Assembly: GCA_051362555.1 (NCBI GenBank)
Contig: CM120641.1
Location: 10,478,001-10,542,000, forward strand
Origin: Lingula anatina
Lineage: Eukaryota > Animalia > Brachiopoda
Direction: 5' to 3'
DNA length: 64,000 nucleotides
The notes below the pieces were generated by a model, which was not told the origin of the DNA, did not search any database, and saw nothing but the letters and a program-made list of their open reading frames with translations. The translations under genes were made by a program, and so were the position numbers. Below are positions 1-13,300 of this stretch, piece by piece; the stretch's first letter is position 1; each line of letters starts with the position of its first letter.

Positions 1-281
1 AACTGACAGACACTGCTGTAAACTAAAATAATGAGGCAATACATAATAAGTAAAAAAATACAAAGAGTGGCTTCTAAAGTGATAAATTCTAATTTAAAGG
101 GTAATAACTCAAACTTACAAATTCTTTTATTGCACAATAATGAAATTATAACTAATTGCCTCTTGCCCCCATCCTTGAGATACCAGCTGTCTCTGACGTC
201 TACAGTGGACTTACGAAACTTGCAACATATATGGGAAATTATCATGAATAGTGTTCAAAACATTGGCCAACGTGAAGCTTA

Positions 282-536
282 GACCCCTTTCCCATACCTA
301 GATCAATCTAGCAGGAACGACCCATCTCCGAAGGGTTTCTCGCTAAATTACATTCAGCTTAAGCGTCTTGGATGTCTGTCATTCCTACTGAAGCTGTTAG
401 GGGTAATTAACTATCGTTTAGCAGATTCAGTAGGCATGCCAGACATTTAAGCTGCTGAATCTGAATGCAATTTAGCGAGAATCCCCTTGGAGATGGGTTG
501 ATCCTGCTAGATTGATCTAGGTATGGGAATGGGGTC
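282..536. mobile_element. Palindromic MITE, PIF/Harbinger-like
   Basis: Long imperfect inverted repeat (GACCCCTTTCCCATACCTAGATCAATCTAGCAGGA ... TCCTGCTAGATTGATCTAGGTATGGGAATGGGGTC) flanked by TTA at 279-281 and 537-539. Confidence 0.75.
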
Positions 537-598
537 TTAGCTTGCTTCATACTCATCACATGAAATAAGAAACTAATCATGTAGAGATACAAGAATGA

Positions 599-692
599 CA
601 TCACGTGCAATACACAAAATGAAAATTAATCATAAATGCAATTATAAATGCATCACGTGCAATACACAAAATGAAAATTAATCATAAATGCA
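599..692. repeat. Direct duplication of ~42 bp
   Basis: CATCACGTGCAATACACAAAATGAAAATTAATCATAAATGCA occurs twice in tandem with a short spacer. Confidence 0.85.
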
Positions 693-1269
693 TTGCCCTT
701 AAGGCAATAAAAATTTACAAAGAAATGTAATTTTACTTAAAGTGATATTTTCTCATTTCTTATCTGAAATCAAACTGTAAAAGAAAAAAAAAATGCACCC
801 TAGATTATTTGCCTTTTAATCTTGTCTTAACTTCCATTTTAGAGTAATTTTTGTTGCTATACTATTTCTTATTTTTATGATAAACAAAGAAACGTGTTTA
901 ACTGCTTTTACTGCATCTTTTCAGAAAACAAAACTAGCGTGAATGAGCTTTGCTGATTGGTAGATCTTTTCCACTAGGTGAAACAAAAGTAAGTATGGCA
1001 AGGAATAATAATGTGAAGTCAGTATAAGGTAAATTAATGGTGCAATAAAGTGGCATCATTGTATGAAATATTTTGAAATACATATTGTCCTTCCTAGACA
1101 GCGTGAATATCATAGTAGTAAATGCTTTGCCCTGTGGGAATGTTTGTTTGCTTTGTTTTTCCATTCGGTGTTTAACAGTGAATACATGTGACTATTGATC
1201 AAGGAAGTTGAATGTCATCTTTGTGAAAAAAAGGGTTATGAAAACAAGGAAATTCAAGAAAATCTATTT

Positions 1270-1740
1270 CTTTTTGAGAAAGGAAATTAGTCAGCATCAT
1301 GAGATTTTTTTTTTATTGCTATACCACAGGGTACATACTAGCTGGATTTTTCCAATTCTGCAGGGGATTCCTGCTAAAGTGCAATCGGTGGAATCAGTTT
1401 AATCAGCACACATTATTTAATTACCCCCTAGCCGCTGGAGGAGCTTTTTGAGAAAAGAAATTAGTCAGAATCATGAGACCCTTTCTTTTTTTTTGCTATA
1501 TCATGGGCACATTCATATTCACACATCTTACAAGCTGGATTGGTCCAACTCTGCAGGGGATTCTTGCTAAAGTGCAGTCAAATATAAATCAGCACACAAT
1601 ATTTAATTACCTCCAAGCTGCTGGAGGAGGCAATGCATGTTAGACAATTAAGCTGATTCCACTGATTGCACTTTGATGAGAATCCCAGGCCAATTTGGGC
1701 AGACACTGCACTAAAATGTGTGAATCTGAATGTGGTCAAA
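1270..1740. repeat. Degenerate duplicated MITE-like relics
   Basis: ~1270-1445 and ~1446-1630 are imperfect direct copies (TTTTTGAGAAA..GAAATTAGTCAG, CTGCAGGGGATTC.TGCTAAAGTGCA, TTTAATTACC), with a partial inverted copy after 1640. They resemble the 282-536 element. Confidence 0.5.
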
Positions 1741-2021
1741 GATACAAGAGATGTTAGTCATGCTAAAATCACTGACATTTTGCCAGGATGTGTTAATATT
1801 GAAGGTTGCTGTCTGTGTCACTTTGTAAATAATTAATAGAATATCTAACTGTTGAACCAAGTTAGGGGTACTTAATGTACAAATAGTTTATTGTTATTAT
1901 TAACTGCATTTTACATATTTTGATTATATCGATTTCTTTGGTTTCTCTGTAAAAAAAGTATTCTTCTCAGTTATCTTAGATTCTGTGGATTCACTGCACA
2001 TTTTGGAAAATTTCATTTCAG

Positions 2022-4292
2022 ATGATGATTTCTCCCAGTCATCGTAAGAAAGCAATTTTAAGGCAAGAAGTGTGTCTGTGGTTACTGCTAACTGCAGCTT
2101 TTGTAGCAGATGTAATAACGGCAACCATCATTATCAATGAAGTCAATATCGACAACCCAGGCACTGACATAAATGAATTTGTAGAACTTTACAACACCAA
2201 TTTAACGAGTTCTGTGATGCTGACCAACTATGTGCTTGTTTTTTATGATGGGTCTAGTGGTGCAGCATATCAGGTCATTCCACTTGGAGGTCATCTGATA
2301 CTATCTGGTGGATATTTTGTGGTTGGTTCAAGCTCATTGAAACCAGGTTTGAATTTGTCCAAGACTGAGCATAACATTCAGAATGGTATTGATGGTATTG
2401 CCTTGTATCTTACATTGGATGGTGACACTTCTTACCAACCAGGCATGAAGGTGACTGACAGAGGGCTTGTGGATGCTATCGTTTATGACACCAGTGAAGC
2501 AAATGTGACCACCCCATTGACTGCCCTAGCCCCAGGTCAAAGTGTAGTGCAAGAAACCTGGTATGCATACCCTGGGGATGAATCCTTGAGCAAATGCGGA
2601 GAACAACGTAACCAGCCTCTGTTTTGGCAAGCTTTTAAGCTAACCACCCCGACCCCAGGGAGAGAGAATGACTGTGTTGGTCCAACCTCACCCCCGTCCA
2701 CTGTGGCTGCTCCCCCTGAAGTACTCAAGGGAGATGTTGTGATCAGCGAATTTAATGCCGACAATCCCATGACAGACAATGCAGAGTTCATCGAACTTTA
2801 TCACAAAAATGGAACCATGGAAAATTTGACCGGATATGTTATTGCTTTGTACAGCCACGATCTTACTGCCTATTTTGTACTTGATTTGTCAAATTATTCT
2901 ACTAATGCCCAAGGGTATTTTGTCATGGGGAGAGGTGTGCCCAATCTGGACTTTGAACTACCAACTGGTGTTGTTATACAGAACGGTCAAGATGCCATTG
3001 CCCTGTATAAAGGAAATCCAAGTGACTACACCCAACGAATGCAAGTCAGCATAGTGGGTCTCATACAGGCAGTAGTGTATGAAAATGAAAAATCCACTGA
3101 TGTGGGGTTGGCCGCTGCCCTTGGAGTGCAGACCATTCATTTTGAAGATGAAAACTTTATGGCCCAGGATGAGTCTGTGAGTCTTTGCAATTTAAGCCAT
3201 TTCAAATTAACCGTTCCGACTCCAGGGAAGAAGAACAACTGCAGTTATGTCCCTCCAACAGAGTTGCCTACTAGTACCCTAGCACCTACCAGTTCTGTCT
3301 CTCCAGTGGCACCCTCTTTGATCGTGATTAATGAGCTCAATGCAGATAACCCTAGCACAGAGAACCAAGAATACTTAGAGCTGTTTGATGGAGGCATAGG
3401 AGAAACTCCACTTTCAGGTTACCAAGTAGTTCTCTATGATAGTAGTGGCTTGTCATATAAAGTATGGAACTTGACTGGAAACATGACTAACGAGGCTGGC
3501 TACTTTGTGATCGGTGGTACAGGTGTGAGTCCAAGGCCTGATATTGTCTTTGGTGGAACACATGTTATAAGAAACAGTGGTGGTGCTGTTGCATTATATG
3601 GCCCAGGGACGGCCAAGATTGATTTAAGAATGAACATAACTAGCCTAGGGCTCGTTGATGTTTTGGTATACACCATCAGGAACCCAACTGATGTAACACC
3701 TACACTGCAGCTTCTGAGAGAGGGCCAAAAAGCATTTGTTGAAAATGCCACTCACATGTCTGGTGAGGAGACGGTCAGTCGTTGTTACGGCATGATGACC
3801 CGCATGACCACCCCATACCGGTTGACCACAGCAACGCCTGGGCAAGAAAACAAATGTCCTCTGCCAACATCTGTTGTGATTAATGAAATTAATGCTGATC
3901 AACCTGGGGTAGACACCAGTGATTTTGTGGAATTATTCGATGGGGGTAAAGGAAACACTCGTTTGGATGGACTCTCCCTTGTGCTCTTCAATGGACGTTC
4001 TGATACAGCTTACAAGGCCATTGATTTGTCAGGGTACACAACCGACACAGATGGGTATTTTGTGATAGGGAACCAAACAACTAATGCTGCGTTGGTACAG
4101 CCAAGTGATTTTTTACAGAATGGTCCAGATGCTGTAGCACTTTACCTGTCCCCAGCATCTAGATATGGTTCTGGTGCAGCTGCCACTGCAAATAATCTTG
4201 TGGATGCCATTGTGTATGGCACTTCAGCAAATAATGTAGATCCAGAACTTATCAGGATTTTAGTTAAAGGTAAATTAAAGAATAATGTCTGA

Positions 4293-4342
<50 letters not shown>

Positions 4343-7300
4343 GAATTAAAATTTCATACTAAGGTTTTTACAATGGTGAAACTGATAAGTAAAGGAAGTT
4401 AATTCCATTTAAATGAATTATTTAAACATAAAATTTGAAGTTTTTAGACATACTTGTTTCTAGATAGCTGTTAGCAATTCTGCTTGGATCCAGAGCATGC
4501 AATATTGCTCTCTTTGTATGCGTTCCTTTCCTCAAATATTATTTAATATTATCTCACCAGAGCCAAAACATTGTGATTGTTTCCAATTCTTATTCCAGGA
4601 GATGGTCAGGTGCTAGATAGAGTTCCCAAGTCACTGAGTCTTACTGATGTGTCTGTGTCTCGATGCAGTTGTTGTAGTCAGCGTAATGTCTCAGTGTGGG
4701 GAGTAGCAAAACCCACACCAGGCCGTAGCAATGATGCTTGCATCAGAACCAATGAAACGGTGGTGGACACACTTGTACATCTGCAGAATGGAGTAAGTGT
4801 TGTCCTTCTGTTTGATTTTGGATGAACTCGACACGCTGAAGTACTTTAAATTTATTGAAAGAAAGATATTTTTTATAAATGAGGACAAAAAAACTGAATT
4901 AATGGAAAATACACTGGTGGTTTTGATTTTTCTTTACTTAAGATTTGTGTTCTTAAGATCTGTATTCTTATATTTTCAAGTTACTGTTTGCATTTATTTT
5001 GAGATGACTGGTTCTTAGACTGTATTATCTTACACCTTTTCTTGCACATATCAGTTTGTGAATAATTTGTGAATAAACACATGATATTGTTTAACAGATT
5101 GAATAAAGCAAATATGATGCTGATTATTCTGGATCTGCATTTTAGATTAGAATCAATGAGCTGAAGGCAGGTCAGTCCAATGATGATGGTAATATGTTGT
5201 TTATAGAGCTGTATGATGGTGGCATTGGCAACATCCAATTGAAGGGATTGCTGTTAATCTTGTACACTGCTGACAATATGTAAGACCATATAGTATTTAT
5301 GTATAATTTTTACCTTGTATTATACATCTCTATTTGTCTAAATCTGCTTTATTTAAAAAAACTAACTATTTCATTCTGCAACTTTTAGCTCCCTGTTCTT
5401 TTGGCCTTAACAGACTTTTAAAATAGAAGTCTGAGGCCTCAGATAAAGGCACTGTTCACATGAAAAATCCAAACTCTAAAAATCCAAAAAATCCATTGGC
5501 GGTATCTAGTGATCACGGTCTGTGCCCTGAATACCCCGCAGTGCGAGCGAGTCGTTTCCAAAGCTGTAATTAATTCTTGGCTGCATTCGGAGGAGATTCT
5601 GATGCCTGGATGCACGTGCAGTTTTATCTCTAAACTGTGGATTTCATCAGTTCACACTCATATCTGTCGTGTGCATATGGACCTCATCTTCTTCGTCTTG
5701 TTGTTGCACAAAAGGGCACAGACCGTGATCACTAGATACCGCCAATGGATTTTTGGATTTTTAGAATTTTTAGATTTTTCATGTGAACGCTGCCAAATAC
5801 TAGTACTAGGCCCAACCAAAATTAAATAGTTCCAGTATGAAATCTGTATATAAGAACATTTAATTTTAAATGTTTTTACATTTTAATACTTTATCATTAT
5901 GAATATTTTGATAAGGTAGTTTCATAATAATTTACTTCAGATCCTACAGTGTGTTTGATTTGGGCACTTATTCTACTAACAGAGATGGATATTTTGTAAT
6001 TGGCTGCAATGCTGATTTTACAAATGTCACTGGCAGTTGGCTGCAAAGAGGTCCTAATGCAGTGGCCCTAAGTCGTGGAAGTAAAGAACAATTCACTCAG
6101 GTACAGTGCAGTAATATGCATTATCCATCTACAACCAGTTTTTAATAATTCATCAGTCACTGACAAAGGTTATAACTCTATGCAATCATGTTTTACCCCT
6201 TATTCTCTCTCTCTCTCTTTCTCTCTCAACAAAATTTTGAAAATGACTTTTTTGGAGAGCTTGAAATGATACACTGATACATGCCTATGTATTTGTTGAC
6301 TTCTTTTTAAAGGTGTCTAGGTCTGGGCTAATTGATGCTGTAGTTTACACCAAGAACAGTGAGGAAGTTACACAGGCTGTTTCTCTAATTGATGTTCTCA
6401 CTCCTGGACAGCAGGCTATCGTTGTTGACTGGGGAACTTCTTCAGGTATCCTGACTTCTACATTTATTTTTATGTAAAGACAGAAAAAATGTTTGAAATA
6501 TGTAATAATATGATCAGAATATCAGTAGGTGAGAGGAATGCATGCAAGAGTAAGCAAGATTTGTGTTGAGGGAGTGAATTTTAGTATGTAATGAAAGATT
6601 TTAGAATGCGTAGATGTTGGTCAGCTCCCTTTTAATCTTTTAATTAGTTCTAGATAATTGTTGTTTTAGTTTCCTTTTTAGTATAATGTAAGGTGTGATT
6701 TTAATTTTTCATAAAATAGATAATAAAAGTCTAGTCAGATGCTACACCAATGAAGCAAGAATGTTGACTGCATTCAGCACCTCCACTGCTGCTTCTCCTG
6801 GTAAACCTAACATATGTCCATCTCCAACAGTGGTCATAAATGAAGTGGACATTGACCAAAATGGATATGACAAAAGAGAGTTCATTGAACTCAGTACAAT
6901 GGGAAGGCCCAATTTCCCCCTCAGTAACATTGTGCTGGTATTGTACAGTGCGACCACCATGAGGGCATATAGAGCGTTTAAATTGGATCAGGTTTATAGT
7001 GATGGCAATGGTCTTTTTCTGATTGGTTCATCAAACATAATGCCACCCCCTGATATTACTGTTAATGGTGGAGGAACAGGATTCTTAAGGGTAAGATATA
7101 ATTTGTGATTTCAGATTGTTCTCTCCTCTGTGAGTCATGTACAACTTTGTTGTTGAATTTTAGATTTTGCTTGGTACAAACAATTAATAGGAATCTGTCA
7201 CACTGTGCACCTACGCAACAGATGCAATTAAAATGTAATTAAACTTTTTAAAAATCAATCACAACAGTATGTATATGTTCATTTCCAAAGATCAATCCAT

Positions 7301-10300
7301 TTCAATTACCCATTAAATAAATATAAAATTTCAGAATGTGCAAGGAGCAGTGGCTTTGTACTATAAAAGAGATCTGTATGATTTTGTAAATGGAACACAA
7401 GTGAGCAGTGAAGGTTTGATGGATGCTATTGTGTATGGCAGAGGAGCTTTAAATGCCAACATACAACAACTGCTAAATACACTGACTCCTGGGAGAAGCA
7501 TGGTGAGAAATCTTTTTTTTAATGGGGCTAGAGCTTGTTAACATAACTGTATTCTGTTCATGTACTCTCTTGAGACTTATTGGTAAACAAAAGCAATTTG
7601 TAAGATTTTTTCAAAAAAAAATTCTTACTTAATTTGCTGAAATCAACATTTTAAAAATGAAGATAATTTAATTCCTTTGCCCTAATATATTTTTAAAATG
7701 AAATTAACTTTGTTTATGTTGACTTTGTGGATTGTTCTGTAATCTTTCTGTTTGACATGTATAATATTAACTGTACTTTGTATTTGTAAAGGGAAAAAAA
7801 ACATTTATGTTTCACAGGTAGTGGAGAATGTTACCTCAGCAGGGGAGATGTCTATTAGTAGGTGTGACCACAAGGCATCCCCTGGGGCAGTCAGTTATGT
7901 CCTGTCACAGCCAACACCCAAAGCCATCAACAACTGTAGCTTGGCGCCCAGGGTACCTCCAGCTTCAGGACCTGTCCCTGCTGGGGTCCCAAGTATGCTC
8001 ATATTTTGTTGCTTTTCTTTAAGTCATATTTTATTAAATTAAAGTAGTCATCCTCAGTTTTTTAAATAACTCCTCAAAGGATTTCACTTATGTCCACTCA
8101 AATGTAACACAGTTCAGAAATGTTTTTGTCAGTTGTTCTTTAAAGACAAACAGTATACTTTTGAATACTTCTTAGGCCACACTTTTTTATTTTTATGGAT
8201 GACATCCTGCGCGCGCACCAATTTTCGTCCGTTCTCAAAAAAAATAAAAAATCCCCCCCCCCCCCCCCCAAGGAAGTCGGTTGTCGCAAACGTCGTTATT
8301 GAATTTGCCGGAAAATGCAATCGGCAATCTTCGGCTAATTCCGCAAGCTCCATACTGTCATTATCGACTGCGGAGACATCCGAGTAGTTCCGAGTGCGGA
8401 AAATGAGCTTTCTGCGCATGCGTATTATCACCACGTGGAATTATGGCCGCTTTGCCGTCAAATTCATCTCTAGCATTAATTAAAAAAAACACGACAATTA
8501 AAGTCATAAAGAGAACGGGGGCCGTCGTTTTGGATTTGTTTGCCATTGATATTGGACATGGTGATATCACCTTTTTACAATTATACGAAAGGCTGGCCGC
8601 GGCCAGCGATCATCGCCCGGAAAATTTCAGTGACATTCTGTCCAAAGCAGCACATACCAGGTTTTTTTTTTGTAGCGAAAAAAGGGTCGACAAGAGCGTC
8701 ATCGTATTTGATGGACTGAAGGTCCGACAGGCCACCCGATAGTTGGCTGCTACATGTGAGTCGAAGTAGACAAAATGGCATCGACCGAAATTACCTTTTT
8801 TAGATTTGGTAGTAGGAAGCATAGGCCTATCTTTGCTTAATTTTTTTAACAATTCTGTGAAGTGTTCACAATGCTTTAATTTTCTGAGAGTACAAATAAA
8901 TTAAGACACGCTGTTTATTTGATATTTGTTTTATTGATTGCTATACCAATAGAATGCATGAAATAACCTTAAATAGATTTGATAATATGCAGCATATATA
9001 TTCATGACTTTTTACCTTTCTACGAAGTAGGCCCTATTCACAATGCTTTAATATTTTGAGAGCATGGATAAAGACATGTTGTTAGTTTGACACGTGTTTC
9101 TGTGGTTAATTAGTGTTTCCAGCTGTGTACTGAAAACATAACTTTTCTTAAGCAGTTTTTTTTTTTGGACTGTTTTTTTTTTCTCCCGCTCGCACCGATT
9201 TTGGGGTCCCCAGAGGATGTCATCCATAAAAATAAAAAATCGTGGCCTTACTTTAAACTTGCTGTCTGGTTTTTTAACCCAATGTCAAGAATCATGTGTA
9301 AATGCTGGAGGGACCATATTTGACAAACAATAAGTCGATACAAGCTCTTGACTTAAGCTTTGTGCATGATGATGACTGTGTAAAGTCGCTTTTCCTTTTC
9401 CACACGCCCATGTTGCCGAAATTCTCAGGATATAATTCTTATGATATTAAAAAAATGCATACTTCTCAGGCTTTCGCTGTGAAATGGACTAAGCTTTGTT
9501 AATGTTTTATTTCAGATGTGAGGATAAATGAACTGAATACAGATTCTCCAGATGCCAATAAGATGGTTTACATAGAACTGATTGGAAACTCCAGCACCTC
9601 CCTGGATGGACTGACTCTAGTAGCATACAGTGGCCAGAATGCAAACAAGGCTTCATACGTCCTGGACTTGACAGGACAGAAGTATGTAGCAAAAAGATGA
9701 TTTAATTTTTGAAATTTAAGATATTCCACATTCCTAACCATTTCAAAATCTTCCATAACTTATTTTTGTGCCTTTTAGTTTACCACATTTGTTCAAGACA
9801 GTTGAGATGGGATGGCAGTTAATATTTGCACATTATTGTTATCATATTTGAAAACGTACTGTATTTTTTTATTGTTTATTATATTTAAAAGATACATTTG
9901 ATGTAAAGAGATTAAAATTGTAATTGTAGATTTGATATGACCGAAAGGAAATTACGGTGGAATTACCATTTAGGTGGTATACATTTGAACTGAACATACT
10001 TTTAGAAAGAAAAGTATTATTCATTTCATTTTTACTTGGAGTGATATTTTTAGTCAGGTACATTTATATCTTTGAATTTTCAGGGTCAATGCAAAAGGTT
10101 TCTTCTTAATAGGAAATTCAAACGTCCAAGGAGCTGACCTATCTCAACCAGACAATATCTTAAGAAGTGATGGCCTAAATGCTTTGGTGTTGTACAAATT
10201 AAATGCCTCAGGTTTTGTGAAGGACCAAACACAGGCTTTCAGTAATGGGAGTGTGGTAGATTTTATTGTATACGGCAATATCTCTACCTCTGTGAATAGT

Positions 10301-13300
10301 TCAATAAGTCTCTTGGACATTTTTGCCACTGGGCAGAAGCAAATATATGAGAATGATCAAAACCTTCACCATGATGAGTCCATCTCTCGCTGCTCTCCCC
10401 ATAGCATTGGTGACATGATGGCTTTTAGCGTGACCATTCCAACACCAGGTAAGGTAAAAAAGGATCTATTAGGCCAGACTTTATCTGTCATGAATAATGT
10501 TTGGTCACTGTAAAATTTAAGTTAATAGTTTAAATGTAGGTCTGGAATTTTCAAGGGAGGCACAAAATCTTTTTTAAAGGGTAGAGCTAGGTAACAAAAT
10601 ATTTTTGACAGATTTGCTGCCTTTAATTTTTGGCTAAAATAGTAGTAGGTAGGTATGTCATCTCTGCTCTAAGTGCATTTAAATCAAGAAGAAAGCTTAG
10701 GCAGTCATTTCCTCAGATATTAATGATGAAAGATATGAAATAATGAATTTGATATTAGAAGATAATATGTAAATATGAAGACTTTTTTATGTTTTCCCTT
10801 AGGGGCTCCAAACAACTGCGACATGCCCACAGTTTTGATCAATGAAATCAACGCAGACTCCCCTGGCTCAGATGACAAGGAATTCATAGAACTGTGGGAT
10901 GGAGGGTCTGGCAATACTGCTCTTAACTGGATTGTATTGGTATTATATAATGGTAAGGAGAGGAGTGTGGTTTTAAGTATTTGGTGTACCTGTAGTGAAT
11001 ATTTTAATATTGGAACTAATATTGGTATACCACAACTAAAACCATGATTAATGATTTTGAACATTTTATCCTTACATTATTAGCCACAAGCCATTAGTAC
11101 TGGGTCTCAATAACCATTACCACTATCTTTGCTTCATAAATTCTTTTTCAGTGAAAAGGGTGTGTTAGGTTGGGAGGGCCTATGCTGTATAGAGCTAAAA
11201 TAAGTACAATGTTTAATATTACAAATTTTTATGGTTTCTTTTTCTTAATATTTTTCTAGTATCTTTCATTTCTCTTTAGGTGCAAATGGACAAGCTTACT
11301 ATACCCTTGACCTCACCAATAAGCGCACAGATGCTAATGGCTTCTATATTGTTGGTGGAGCTAATGTTGCCAATGTGGACCATGTCTTGAGCCTAGCAGG
11401 ACGATCTGTTAGCATTATTCAGAATGGGCCAGATGCTATAGCTCTCTACAGGGTGAGACAGGGCTGCTTGTGTCTAGCTTTTCTTTAAATATATCATTTA
11501 AACAAAAGAATCTTTTTTCTTTATTCCTTAAATATTGTTTAATATGATAACAGGTGATATGCATTTGAAATTAGTGTAATTTATTTAAGTAGAAAGCAAT
11601 ATTTATGTCACGTGTAAAATTTGTTATTGAGAATCAACAATCATTTCATTCTTTATCTCAGGGCCATTCCTCAAACTTCACAACTGGTATGTCTCCCACC
11701 AAGAAAGGCTTGATAGATGCTGTTGTGTATGGAACAAATGACGCACAGAATAGAGTTCTTCTGGACTCTTTACTACGAAGTGGACAAATGCAGATAAATG
11801 AAGACCCAGAGTTCTTGGTAGGTTGACTGTGTAAGGCTTTTGAACCTGATTTCGTGTGTGAAAGTTTTCAGGATAATGCCTGATTTCAGGATTTTCAATC
11901 TTCATTTTGTTAATTTTCTTCTTATATGGTACAAATGCAAGGAGAAACTGCAAACTAAATTTATTTAGCTGTAAGTAATGTTGACTGACATATCTGTTGC
12001 TTCATTCACATTTATGATATAGATTTGTTATTCTTATTAAGTAAACTTATTTTTTCTTTTAGAATGGAGATGAAAGTATTAGCAGATGCAGTTGCAGTAC
12101 CCCCATGGACTACCAGTGCTTTACTCTGACCACACCATCACCTAAAACTGGGAACAACTGCACCAACCCAACACCAAGACCCTCCACTACAGTGGCAGTG
12201 CCAACTGGAGATCTGCCTAAAGTTGTCATAAATGAAGTTAATGTGGACCAGCCAGGGTTGGATATAACAGAGTTCATTGAGTTAGCAGGTTTGTATGTTT
12301 TAGGTGAACATAAAGGGTACATGCATTTGTTACAGTGCAGAAATCTAAACGTCAGATCTTCAAAATTTGGTTATAACATATGAACAATTTTATAATGGAA
12401 GTGAAGAATATGGCATACGGTATAATTGGTATATATTATTAGTTTGTGTATCCACACCAGTTATATGTTTTTTGGTAATTTACAGGCCCTCCTGGAGCCA
12501 GTCTAGCTGGTTACTCCTTAGTTCTGTTCTCCTACAGTGTACCATTAAAGAGGGCTTCAGTGTCGGCACAGTTTAACCTGAATAATTACAGAATTAGTAA
12601 TACTGGACTGTTCTTAATTAGTAACCACACAAGGTTTTCTGTGAAAACAGATTATGTGTTACCTATACCGGTAAGTTTGAGCAGGAAAAAATAATATCTG
12701 ATTCATTTACATCACCATTTCAATTTAATTTCACTGTAAAGATTAATGAAAAATGTATATAATTTCAATTTCATCCTCATGCTTTGTGCAATTTCATTAT
12801 TCCCAAGAAGAAAGAAGAAATATTAGTTGGTTATTAGTTAATTAATTTTCTTTTATTCACAGGGTATCATAGAGAATGGCATAGAGGCCATTGTTCTCTA
12901 TGACAACAGACAGTTGACTATTTCTGATGCAATGCAGCCAACCCAGCAGGGAGTTATGGATGCTATTGTCCACTGTACGTCAGTCTGGGACAGAGACTTG
13001 GGAAAACAACTCATCACGACACTGGGACTTAAAGGCTCTGCAGCCATTGTTGAGGATGCAACGTAAGCTTTACTCTGGTGTACCCTGTGAATTGTCTTTT
13101 GATGTTGAAATTTTGCCAATGGCAGTTGTTACTTATCTTGACTTACAGAAGTAAAAGATATGAAAACAAGTATTAAATAGAATATTAAATAGTCTTACAG
13201 GTGTGCATTTCTTTCAGTATTATGAAGCTGTAAGTTCAGGTTTGCATCAGCTTGTATCTGTCCATCTGGTTGAGTGCTTACCATGCTTTATAATACAGGA

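Noticed and set aside
2537-3902. Minus-strand ORFs overlapping the LTD exon
   Set aside because: Antisense shadows of a coding exon with no recognisable motifs.
2022-4292. 756-aa ORF as bacterial contamination or a stand-alone intronless gene
   Set aside because: It splices in frame via GT-AG introns to 19 further exons ending in a TM and an NPxY tail; the flanks are typical animal DNA.
8129-8852. Several overlapping 60-100 aa ORFs
   Set aside because: They lie inside a TIR-bounded non-autonomous element and show no transposase motifs.
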